DNA of 38,662 bases from a virus (taxonomy: Duplodnaviria; Heunggongvirae; Uroviricota; Caudoviricetes). Of the stretch, positions 8,050 to 16,383 are shown piece by piece. The position numbers and the translations under genes are program-made. Position 1 is the first letter of the stretch; each line of letters begins with the position of its first letter. Where the stretch lies: IMG/VR virus record IMGVR_UViG_3300042524_000214, positions 1-38,662 of that record. One strand, given 5' to 3'. The notes below the pieces were generated by a model, which saw nothing but the letters and a program-made list of their open reading frames with translations, had not been told where the DNA came from and searched no databases.

Positions 8050-9825
8050 TTATAGTATTTTTGTAAGTGTTAATGTCGATATATTAAAATATATACAGTT
8101 TGATATTAGCCCTGCTGCTATTGCGTTAGCATCACTACTATAAGAAGGTAATGTATTATACATTGCTCCATTTATAGTTGCTATATTCGCTGAAGGTAGT
8201 AGGTAGTCTGTTAATGGTAAGCCTTGCTTAACTAAAATTAGGCTACTTTGGTCAGACCAAACATATTTTTGAGTTGATAAAGGTATTGAACCTGTGTACT
8301 TAAAAGTACCGTAAACTGCATCCCTAGAATATACTGCTGATGCGTTTACATTAGTGAGCTCTACTATACCTGTTGCTTTATCTATTTGTACCAAATTTTT
8401 TGGAAATTCTAAATAGAACTCTCCGCCTTGTACTAACAGTGTGCTATCGCCTACCGTTCTAAAGATTGCACTTTGCCCACCAGCATTTGCCGGGTGGTTT
8501 GTTTGTTCAAAGTTTCTAACCCTCACCCAACTTGATGACCTACCTATAGGATTTGTTGGATAATCATTATCTACAATTATGTTACAAACTGTATCACTGT
8601 TTAGATAATCTACTCCATTAAATGTACTATAATTTCTTCTATTACCATTATAATCCATTATTAAGTTATAAGCTCCACCAGTGGTGTTTTTAAAGTATAA
8701 AGCACTACTTGTTGTAGGGTAAACTTTACAGTCATTAAAAGTAAATGTGCCATCATTAAACCAAGCTACGTTTTCACTTTTTATCATATAAGCATCTCCT
8801 GGTATTGTGTTTTGTGCATACACCGGTGAACCAAAGTGGGTTTGTCCTGTATTAATGTAAGCTGAACTATTTCCTATTTGCCAAGTTGCATCATTAAATT
8901 TACACTTAGTAAAAGACATTCCTGAAGTATTCTGAAAACCTGAAAATGTAGGTGAGGTATAAGATAAGTTATATACAAACTTATTTGTGTAAGCTGTTGC
9001 TATAATTACATTGTTAAACTCCATTTTTATATCGTAGTCTAGTTTTCCTGATATACTTTTTGGGTCTAGCCCAACTAAGTAAGCTGTAGAAATAAAATAG
9101 TCTTGATTACCGTAATAAGATATAGAAAAACCATTTCCTTCTATTTTTAACCTATTTACGGATATATAAGGTAAATCGCTGAATACATTCACATCATTCA
9201 ATAATTCTATTACCCCAGTGTACCCATAAATTGGTGCTAAAATTGTACCTCCATTTGGAGCATCAATAAAAGCATCAATAGCTTTTTTTAGAGTTTTATA
9301 AGGTTTAGCTCTACTACCTGTTTCTATGGCACCATAATAATAAGGGTCAACATAAAAAGTTTTTACATTTGTTACACCAGGGACTTCAATATTTATATTA
9401 TCCCCATCGTCTGAAAAAGTCAAGGTATCACTATCTAAACTTTTTGCTGTTATTAATAAACCATTCTGTGTATCATAGCTGACATCTTTTAGTATTTCTG
9501 CTACTTTTCTTCCAGAGTTTTCGGTTTTTATTGTTCTTATTTTTTGCTTACCTGTTGGGTCTACTCCGGCATATACCGGCTCTCCTTCTCCTACGCTTAA
9601 AAATTCAACACCTGAGCCTAATGCTATGCAAATAAAATTATCAAGTTGTTGTATTAATTCAGTAAGTATTGTTTTATCTTTTATTCCAGAACATTTTAAA
9701 TCCCCACCAGTGTATAAAATACAATCCGTGGATAAGTCTTTTACTGGGCAAGAGCAATCATTTGATTCACAAAGTGGTTGTTGATTGCAATCGTGACAAG
9801 TTGTATTTTGGCAATTGCTGCACAT
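8050..9825 (-). CDS. Putative tail spike/fibre with Cys-rich N-terminal module and beta-helix-like body
   Basis: 591 aa. 10 Cys in the first 66 aa. FYVDPYYYGAIETGSRAKPYKTLKKAID is typical of the start of pectin-lyase-like beta-helices, followed by N/G/F-rich strands. Confidence 0.65.
   Translation of the reverse strand: MCSNCQNTTCHDCNQQPLCESNDCSCPVKDLSTDCILYTGGDLKCSGIKDKTILTELIQQLDNFICIALGSGVEFLSVGEGEPVYAGVDPTGKQKIRTIKTENSGRKVAEILKDVSYDTQNGLLITAKSLDSDTLTFSDDGDNINIEVPGVTNVKTFYVDPYYYGAIETGSRAKPYKTLKKAIDAFIDAPNGGTILAPIYGYTGVIELLNDVNVFSDLPYISVNRLKIEGNGFSISYYGNQDYFISTAYLVGLDPKSISGKLDYDIKMEFNNVIIATAYTNKFVYNLSYTSPTFSGFQNTSGMSFTKCKFNDATWQIGNSSAYINTGQTHFGSPVYAQNTIPGDAYMIKSENVAWFNDGTFTFNDCKVYPTTSSALYFKNTTGGAYNLIMDYNGNRRNYSTFNGVDYLNSDTVCNIIVDNDYPTNPIGRSSSWVRVRNFEQTNHPANAGGQSAIFRTVGDSTLLVQGGEFYLEFPKNLVQIDKATGIVELTNVNASAVYSRDAVYGTFKYTGSIPLSTQKYVWSDQSSLILVKQGLPLTDYLLPSANIATINGAMYNTLPSYSSDANAIAAGLISNCIYFNISTLTLTKIL
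9628..9801 (-). repeat. Copy B of duplicated Cys-rich N-terminal module
   Basis: TCHDCNQQPLCESNDCSCPVKDLSTDCILYTGGDLKCSGIK... versus copy A TCHDCNQQPLCTSNDCSCPVKDLSTDCVLYTGADLACSGIK... Confidence 0.9.
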
Positions 9826-9852
9826 AACTGTATTGGTTTTATAGGTTTTTTA

Positions 9853-10107
9853 TTATGAACAACAATTATCTACTTGTATTTGTAAAGCATCAATTTGTGT
9901 TCTTAAATCTGTAATTAAATTATTCTGGTTTGTCAGCGATAATACTAAAGCTGCTACCACGTCTGATAAAAGTGTATTCCCTAATGGAAATCCCAAAGCT
10001 CTAAGTGGTGGTTCGTGTATTAAGCAAGTAGTGGGTGTGTATATCCCATTGCAAGGTTCCGTTGTAGGATTTAATACCGGTGTGTTTGTTTGGCTACATG
10101 AACTCAT
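9853..10107 (-). CDS. Small Cys-containing coiled-coil tail-associated protein
   Basis: 84 aa, 5 Cys, C-terminal heptads (ITDLRTQIDALQIQVDNCC). TAA stop, within the fibre cluster. Confidence 0.5.
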   Translation of the reverse strand: MSSCSQTNTPVLNPTTEPCNGIYTPTTCLIHEPPLRALGFPLGNTLLSDVVAALVLSLTNQNNLITDLRTQIDALQIQVDNCCS

Positions 10108-10117
10108 ATTTGTGGTT

Positions 10118-10552
10118 TTAAGGTGTTGTGTTATCTAATAAGTATCCTAGCAATTCTCCTAATGTAGAGAAAGTTCCTCCACATGGGTTATCTGGCAATG
10201 TTAAACCACAGTTTGTAATATCCATATCGCATATTGCTGTTGTCTCTAAGGTATTTACCCTATCTTTTAAATCACAAATTTCTTGTTCTAATTGTAGGAT
10301 AACATTTTTTATTATTAAACCTTGTCTACTTGGTGGGTAGTCTATGGTAGGACAATTACCCAATGCCGACATATCTATTTCAGATAAGATTTCTGCTAAG
10401 ATATTATACTGGTCTTCAGTAGTTTCCTCTAAAGTAATACAATCTTCTCCTACTAAACTAGAAAAATCTGGAACTTCTAATTCGTAGTATACGCATGTAG
10501 CATAGTTTTTTTCAGCACATGTATGTTTTATTTTATTCCCACAGTTTTTCAT
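10118..10552 (-). CDS. Cys-rich tail-associated protein
   Basis: 144 aa, 9 Cys, CVYY motif related to the fibre N-terminal module, short coiled coil. Confidence 0.55.
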   Translation of the reverse strand: MKNCGNKIKHTCAEKNYATCVYYELEVPDFSSLVGEDCITLEETTEDQYNILAEILSEIDMSALGNCPTIDYPPSRQGLIIKNVILQLEQEICDLKDRVNTLETTAICDMDITNCGLTLPDNPCGGTFSTLGELLGYLLDNTTP

Positions 10553-10692
10553 CCTTGCCCTTTGTTTAGTTTTTTGTAATTTTTTGAAGTTTTTAGTTTT
10601 GAAGTCTTGCTCTTAGCATGAATTCCTGGTCTTTTTCTTTTAGACTTTTCTCTAAAAGTTTCTGAACTAATGTTTTTATTCTTTGCTGCCAC
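10549..10692 (-). CDS. Unannotated 47-aa highly basic peptide
   Basis: GTG start after an A-rich leader. MAAKNKNISSETFREKSKRKRPGIHAKSKTSKLKTSKNYKKLNKGQG (16 K/R, 2 E). Its TGA overlaps the next ATG (ATGA coupling at 10549-10552). Confidence 0.7.
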   Translation of the reverse strand: MAAKNKNISSETFREKSKRKRPGIHAKSKTSKLKTSKNYKKLNKGQG

Positions 10693-10724
10693 TTTTTTAT
10701 ATTTTATGTTGTTAAAAATTAAAG

Positions 10725-11420
10725 GAGAGAAGAGCCCTTTATGCTATAAAAGACTCTTAGTATCTATTGGTACTAACTATAGTAAGATATACCAATCCTG
10801 TGTCTCTCTCTTTCGGAAATAAAATTCAGAACTTATTTTAAACACCCTTACGAATGCCGGAGTAATTTATCTCTAAACTACTTCACTTTCTAGACTGCTC
10901 CATCACCAAGTTTCTACGATTAGGTTATTAGCCCGAAGACCCCTATTAACCAGAGTCCCCTCGTTTCCACTCGTTAGTTTATGGCATGCACCCATTTCAG
11001 AACTGCTAAACTAGTAAGAAATCTTAAATCATTCTTCTATTTCCAGAAAACCAAACTAGTCAAAAAAGATATTCAACCTTACAAAATAACTCAAAGAGTT
11101 ATTAATTAATCTGTAACTCAACTTGCTCACAAAGGGGCAAGCCCCGATGCGAGTTCAAATTACATGGGCGAACCCACGCAACTATCAAACATATTTCACT
11201 GTCCTTTTTTAAGTTGCTGCCTCCCGTCCTGTCAAGGATAGAGAAACAATTAAAGCGTAAAGCCTACAACTTCATTTTTTAACTATCTACAAATAAGCCT
11301 GACTAAGCAGTCCTGCGACCTCACGTGCCGCTTACCTCGAAACCGAGAGTTTTGCACCTTTCGGTAACAAATGTTTAGTAGCAAATAGGTGGTTTACCCT
11401 CCCTATCAGTTCTAGTCTTC
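10725..11420 (-). ncRNA. Candidate large structured non-coding RNA (~700 nt)
   Basis: ORF-free and visibly GC-richer than its flanks. On the minus strand only: GNRA loops (ACC-GAAA-GGT, GCGGCAC-GTGA-GGTCGC, GGCATTC-GTAA-GGGTGTT), two UUCG loops, a CUUG loop, 8-13 bp helices with G-U pairs, and a long-range pairing of 11407-11414 with 10998-11005. Confidence 0.75.
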
Positions 11421-11431
11421 TTTTAATATTT

Positions 11432-12274
11432 TTATGCTTGTTGTTCTACAACGTCTTGCCCCGGTAAAGGTCTCTTTTTATCTACTGGAAGTACCTCTAT
11501 AATTTTTTCTAATCTGCCTTTAGCAATAATTAAATTGTCTAATACTGGTTTTAAGTTTGTATAAAGTCTTTGTCTATATTCTGATACCCCTAATACCCCG
11601 GTAGTCTCATACATAGTTACTAGTTCTTTTGTTGCCTCAAGCACGCCTGATTTATTTAGCGTTTCCAATAGAAATAGTTCTCTATCTATAACTACGGACA
11701 CCCCTAAAGTTTGTTTTTTTATTGAGGATAATCTTCTAATAGCTCTTTCTGCATTTAGTATCTCCCCTTCTATTTTATCTAATCCCTCTTTTAATTTAAT
11801 AGTTGTTGCTCCAACTTCTCTTAGGTATACCTCTTCAAAAATATTTTCCTCTATGGTGATTATATCTAATGTATAACTAGAGTCTTTTTTTGGTGCTTCT
11901 GTAAAGTAGAAACTCGTAAAAATATAAGGTGTTTGTCCGTTTGCTACTCTATTTAATATAAAGTCATTTAATAATTCATTATCATCTGATATTGTAACAA
12001 ATGATGTTTTTTTTCCATCAATGACTAGAGATAATGATAGACTAAAATATACTACTTGGTCTAATAGTTCTGGTACGTCAAAACTTAATGACTTAGATAA
12101 GTTTTTTTTATTTACTTTTCCTATTTTTTTTACTAATATCTCTCCAAAATCATTCCAAACAAGTATGTCATAGTCTACTATAGAGGACATGTTGTCTAAT
12201 GCTCCCAAATTAAATTCTGGGTGCTCGTAGATATTTATGTTTAATTTTTTTGTTTTGCTGTCAGAACTAATCAT
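11432..12274 (-). CDS. Hypothetical protein (tail region)
   Basis: 280 aa. Beta-rich N-terminal half and helical/coiled-coil C-terminal half. No motif recognised. Confidence 0.6.
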   Translation of the reverse strand: MISSDSKTKKLNINIYEHPEFNLGALDNMSSIVDYDILVWNDFGEILVKKIGKVNKKNLSKSLSFDVPELLDQVVYFSLSLSLVIDGKKTSFVTISDDNELLNDFILNRVANGQTPYIFTSFYFTEAPKKDSSYTLDIITIEENIFEEVYLREVGATTIKLKEGLDKIEGEILNAERAIRRLSSIKKQTLGVSVVIDRELFLLETLNKSGVLEATKELVTMYETTGVLGVSEYRQRLYTNLKPVLDNLIIAKGRLEKIIEVLPVDKKRPLPGQDVVEQQA

Positions 12275-12275
12275 T

Positions 12276-12668
12276 TTATTTAAAGTTTTTTATTGATGTT
12301 ACTATACCGTTTTTTATTGATGCTTTACTGTTACCGAGTATAAATGTACCTGTTACTCCTCTTTGTTCCGAAACTATCCTATCTAATTCAGATATTTTTT
12401 GTTCCATTATTTCTATAATTCCTATTAAAAACTCTATAGCATCATTATGCGTAGTTGTCTTTTTAATACTTTTAAGAATCCTATCTGTATGCTTTGTTGA
12501 TGCTACTTGATTTTCTATGTCATATAGTGTTAACTCTTTGGTTTCTTTTACGGTGCCCCCCTCGGATAAAAATTTTACGTATTCTTTATAAGCTGGGTTA
12601 ATGTCCTCCATTATAAGCCTTTCTCCATCTACAGCTATTGTGCCTTGTCTATTTATAGTATATTCCAT
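12276..12668 (-). CDS. Putative tail-fibre-associated protein
   Basis: 130 aa. YKEYVKFLSEGG resembles fibre-chaperone N-termini, and GVTGTF...IKNGIVTSI resembles tail-protein C-terminal motifs. TAATG coupling to the upstream fibre gene. Confidence 0.45.
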   Translation of the reverse strand: MEYTINRQGTIAVDGERLIMEDINPAYKEYVKFLSEGGTVKETKELTLYDIENQVASTKHTDRILKSIKKTTTHNDAIEFLIGIIEIMEQKISELDRIVSEQRGVTGTFILGNSKASIKNGIVTSIKNFK

Positions 12669-14824
12669 TAGCTTGATATTGCGTTTCTTTTAGTTGCTAT
12701 ACATCCGTAATCTTTAATACTACATGCTCCTGATACAGCTGTATTGTTACCTATCCAAAGAAAAGGATAATAGCTTGCACCTGTATTGTAATCACTTGTA
12801 ATACTATAAGAAGTGCTTGTTACAACTCCTGTTGAGTTTACTATCTTAGTCAATTCAATAAAAATTACTGGTACTTGAAAAAGTTTGTATATTCTTAGTT
12901 TGTATGTGCATGTTGTATCAGTTCCTAAAAATCCTGAACCTAAGTCTATACTTGATGCTGTTCCTGTAGCATCATTCCATACAAAAAATAAATTTGGTGA
13001 ACCTTGTAATTTTGCTACTCCTATAGAGTTTATAAGAGTTGTTGGCTCTACATTAGTTGGGGCTGTCGTGTTATATAATGATGATATTCCTACGAATAAC
13101 CTTTGTGCTCCATTGTTAGTGTTTACTCTAAATTTTCTAATTATTTCAAATTGAAAGCCGACACCTAAATAGCCTGAGCCTCCAAATGGATTACCATATA
13201 AACCGGCTGCTGAACCAACTGCTGTTGCTGTTGTATATAAAACCCCCATTGGATTTTCACTTAGTGAAGTTGCTGTACCAAAACTTGTCAATGTTCCACC
13301 AACTCTTAATGTATCATAAAATGTAATACTATCCATTGGTAAGAAGTAAGCAAACTGGTTTGTCATAAACTTGTCGTACAAAAATGTACTGTCGTTTGCT
13401 GGAGTATATCCTAACCATGCAGCTATTGTCTTGTTTACCCAAAGTGTTCCATTAAATCCTAATACATCTCCATTTACTGGGATTGTAGTCTTTAAGTCCA
13501 CATTATGTAGCTCTTCTATCTCAAATCCGTTTTGTACCTTAACAAAAATTTCTCCATTACCGGCACTAACTTTTGTTACTATTCCTATGAATACTAGATG
13601 AGCCGGTGCGTAAGGTTTCCCTACTAATCCATAGATTAACGCTCCATTTACCCCTAACCATACTGGGTCTCCTGCTGTTTGTCCTGCTGTATTTAATCCT
13701 CCTAAAAGACCTTCAGTAACTACAAATCCTGTTTGTGTTCCACCGGTAGTTGTAATATCGGATTGCATCAATCCTATAGTCTTACTTGAGGTGGCTTCAG
13801 AAGTGTTGCTCGCTGCTCTTACAAGTATGTTGGTTCCATTTGCTCCTGTAGAATATACTGGAGTACCTTTTGTTATTAAGGCAGTTCCGTCATTTTTTAC
13901 AATGTGTTTTACTACAGAAGTCCAATCAGCATAATTTTCTTGCCAAGTAGCGTTATAATCTGTAGCATCTACTTTTGTAAGTATCTGTCCTGCTGTACCT
14001 CCTGGTGGTAATGTTCCAACAGTTAATGGTGCTAAATCTGCAAAGGTTACGTAGTTACTTACACCATTACCATTATTTATAAATGAGGATGTGCTTGTAG
14101 GTCTATTCCTTAAAAAGGATGAACCTGATGTAGCTGCCCAATCTGTTTGTTCTTGGTCTATTAAATTTCCTACTCCTAAATCTGTCCAGTATAAATTTCC
14201 ACCTATTGCTGGTGTAATACTGTCGTTATTAAAATTAGCTCGAAATATATGACCAGAATAGTAAACTAATGTTCCTGCTAAATATGGATTACCTGTTGCT
14301 GCTATGTGGTTTGTTGTCCACTCTGTTGCTGCTAATGCCGATGGTGGTATGGATGCTGCTGTTATATAACCTGCATCATTAACCAATTCTGAAATATTAT
14401 CTCCTGGCTGTATTGCACTATTAATTAGTGCTTGTAATGTTCCAGAAATTTGTAACTCTAAAGCTGAAGATGTACTTACTATATCTATAGACCCATCTGG
14501 GCTAGTTATAGGCTTTACAAAGAGCTTTCCGTCACTCGTGGCTATCTCTAATAGATTTCCTAATTCGGAGCTCTTAAAAGTGCTTATATCAATTATTGGG
14601 TTTACTGGACTTCCTGTTACCCCTGTTCCGGTTACTGATTGTACAGTTCCTGTTCCTCCTCCACCGCCCCCGGTTAAATCCACTAAAGGATAAGGAAAAC
14701 CGTTTTGGTCTGTTATATATGTTTTAACAGTACTTTGAGAAGTTGCTTTTACATAATACACAGAGTTTGGTCTGGGTAATGTAGGTAGGCTTTTTACTTT
14801 ATAGTGTTTTACTTCTTCTTGCAT
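12668..14824 (-). CDS. Tail fibre protein
   Basis: 718 aa, G/T/A-rich, with a Gly linker (TGGGGGGTG). Modular segments (ISELVNDAGYIT; KGTPVY...GLLGGLNT...KPYAPAHLVFIG...NGEIFVKVQNG) are common in aquatic phage fibres. Confidence 0.75.
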   Translation of the reverse strand: MQEEVKHYKVKSLPTLPRPNSVYYVKATSQSTVKTYITDQNGFPYPLVDLTGGGGGGTGTVQSVTGTGVTGSPVNPIIDISTFKSSELGNLLEIATSDGKLFVKPITSPDGSIDIVSTSSALELQISGTLQALINSAIQPGDNISELVNDAGYITAASIPPSALAATEWTTNHIAATGNPYLAGTLVYYSGHIFRANFNNDSITPAIGGNLYWTDLGVGNLIDQEQTDWAATSGSSFLRNRPTSTSSFINNGNGVSNYVTFADLAPLTVGTLPPGGTAGQILTKVDATDYNATWQENYADWTSVVKHIVKNDGTALITKGTPVYSTGANGTNILVRAASNTSEATSSKTIGLMQSDITTTGGTQTGFVVTEGLLGGLNTAGQTAGDPVWLGVNGALIYGLVGKPYAPAHLVFIGIVTKVSAGNGEIFVKVQNGFEIEELHNVDLKTTIPVNGDVLGFNGTLWVNKTIAAWLGYTPANDSTFLYDKFMTNQFAYFLPMDSITFYDTLRVGGTLTSFGTATSLSENPMGVLYTTATAVGSAAGLYGNPFGGSGYLGVGFQFEIIRKFRVNTNNGAQRLFVGISSLYNTTAPTNVEPTTLINSIGVAKLQGSPNLFFVWNDATGTASSIDLGSGFLGTDTTCTYKLRIYKLFQVPVIFIELTKIVNSTGVVTSTSYSITSDYNTGASYYPFLWIGNNTAVSGACSIKDYGCIATKRNAISS

Positions 14825-14850
14825 TGTTGGTTTTTATAAAGAGTTTTTTG

Positions 14851-15195
14851 TTACCATTCATTCTCTGCCCAATCGCAACACTCTGTTATTTCTTCAGAGT
14901 TTTCATGTCCAAAATGATGGTTATAAATTCTTGGGTCTTTTAGCTTGTGTTTATATTTTAGATTTTCTAGTTCCCCATTAATCTTTTTCCAAACCCAGTC
15001 TATCAACTCACATTCGTTTGTGCATAAAATATTGTGAAACATTTGTGAATGTCTTACTTTATCCATGTTTACTTCATCCCCTACTCCAAATTTTTTATTT
15101 AGATATAGTAAGTCTGCCTGGTTTAATAAGTCTTTTTCAAACTTATCAAAATAGTTTTCTTGGGTAAGTGTTAAAAAATTTTCTTGTCCTGGCAT
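14851..15195 (-). CDS. Putative tail hub protein
   Basis: 114 aa, helical with Cys pairs. Adjacent to the other hub-like gene, as in crAss-like synteny. Confidence 0.4.
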   Translation of the reverse strand: MPGQENFLTLTQENYFDKFEKDLLNQADLLYLNKKFGVGDEVNMDKVRHSQMFHNILCTNECELIDWVWKKINGELENLKYKHKLKDPRIYNHHFGHENSEEITECCDWAENEW

Positions 15196-15196
15196 C

Positions 15197-15745
15197 TTAA
15201 ATACAATCTTTACAGTCGGATAATGTTTTTAGGAGTTCTTTTGCTTGCTGAAAAAATCTATCGGCTTTTACAAAGTCTCCTACTTTTGCGTGAGATTTAG
15301 CTACTTTTATTAGCCAATCAATATCATATATTTTATTTCTAAAATCTTTGTCGTTTTTTGAATATTCAAATCCGTGCTTAATTATAACTTTAGAAAGTTC
15401 TAGTTCTGTACGGTCAGTCTTCAAATAGAATTTGCTTTTTTCAAATCCTACAAAAGAACTCTTTAAACAGATGGTATAAATACCGTCTGGTAAATCCCCA
15501 TATACTTCATCTGTGCAATCCCCTTGTAAACAACTCACTCCAAGATTGTGACTATTAAATGAGTTTATGGCATTCTTTTTAAAAGAAAAAACCAAAGCTT
15601 TCTTTGAGCCAGGAAGAGTTATTAAGATTTGTGCTGGTAGGTTTGTTGTAGATAGCCATTGGCTACTATCCCCTATCCAAAGTGTCTGTACTGTTGACTG
15701 TATAACGTCAAAATCTACTTTTATTTGTCCTGCTAAGTTTGGCAT
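15197..15745 (-). CDS. Putative tail hub protein (crAss hub-like)
   Basis: 182 aa. Ig-like N-terminal half with DLPDGIYTI motif and helical C-terminus ending in DCKDC, typical of crAss fibre-attachment hub proteins. Confidence 0.6.
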   Translation of the reverse strand: MPNLAGQIKVDFDVIQSTVQTLWIGDSSQWLSTTNLPAQILITLPGSKKALVFSFKKNAINSFNSHNLGVSCLQGDCTDEVYGDLPDGIYTICLKSSFVGFEKSKFYLKTDRTELELSKVIIKHGFEYSKNDKDFRNKIYDIDWLIKVAKSHAKVGDFVKADRFFQQAKELLKTLSDCKDCI

Positions 15746-15749
15746 TGGT

Positions 15750-16382
15750 TTACTTTTTTATGTCGAAAATTTTTACTTTGGCACCAATATAGTAGTTACT
15801 TCTTGTGTCGGCACCTACTGTTAGTATTGTACCTCTTCTATTTTGTATACCCACCTCAGCTTTTACTCCTAAGTTATTTAGATTTGCATTATTTATTAGC
15901 TCTAATCCCCCATACATAGCAAATACTGTTTGTTTTAATGGTACGTCTACTTTTACCTCTGTTGGTTTTATTGTATACTTAGGTTTTATCTCTAATAGTT
16001 CTCCTCTAGTCTTTGTGTAAATTTCTAGCTTTAGGTCTTTATTATCATATACGTAGGTTCCATCTTTTTCTTGAATGGCATCTAAGTATAGTTTTAATCT
16101 TTTTATGCTATCAGTGGCTTTTAAATAATCATCTGCTAACTGTTTGTTTATAGGATTCTCAGTATAAATTGTCTTACCGTTTTTATAAACTATAGAATCT
16201 TTTTTTGCAACCCCTGGAATTACTTCTGTAGGTTTTTCAAAACTTCCACTTTTAGCCGGTGTTTCTATTGTTACCGGGATTGTTTGTTTAGGTTCTGAGC
16301 ATTGTTTTATTAATGTAAACAAATAGATAACAAAAAATGCACCTATTACATAGAATACATTTTTTAATGGTCTTCTGTTCAT
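15750..16382 (-). CDS. Spanin-like membrane protein
   Basis: 210 aa. N-terminal hydrophobic helix followed by KQC, a coiled coil, and C-terminal amphipathic beta-strands. Immediately follows holin and endolysin. Confidence 0.5.
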   Translation of the reverse strand: MNRRPLKNVFYVIGAFFVIYLFTLIKQCSEPKQTIPVTIETPAKSGSFEKPTEVIPGVAKKDSIVYKNGKTIYTENPINKQLADDYLKATDSIKRLKLYLDAIQEKDGTYVYDNKDLKLEIYTKTRGELLEIKPKYTIKPTEVKVDVPLKQTVFAMYGGLELINNANLNNLGVKAEVGIQNRRGTILTVGADTRSNYYIGAKVKIFDIKK

Positions 16383-16383
16383 T

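Noticed and set aside
10725-11420. Group I or group II intron, RNase P or tmRNA as the identity of the large RNA
   Set aside because: No matching P7 pair (GACUA/UAGUC), no group II 5' GUGYG or domain V, no RNase P GAGGAAAGUCC, no tRNA-like ends or tag ORF. The flanking genes are complete, so there are no exons to join.
14650-14672. GC-rich CCTCCTCCACCGCCCCC tract in the fibre gene
   Set aside because: Encodes an ordinary poly-Gly linker (TGGGGGGTG).
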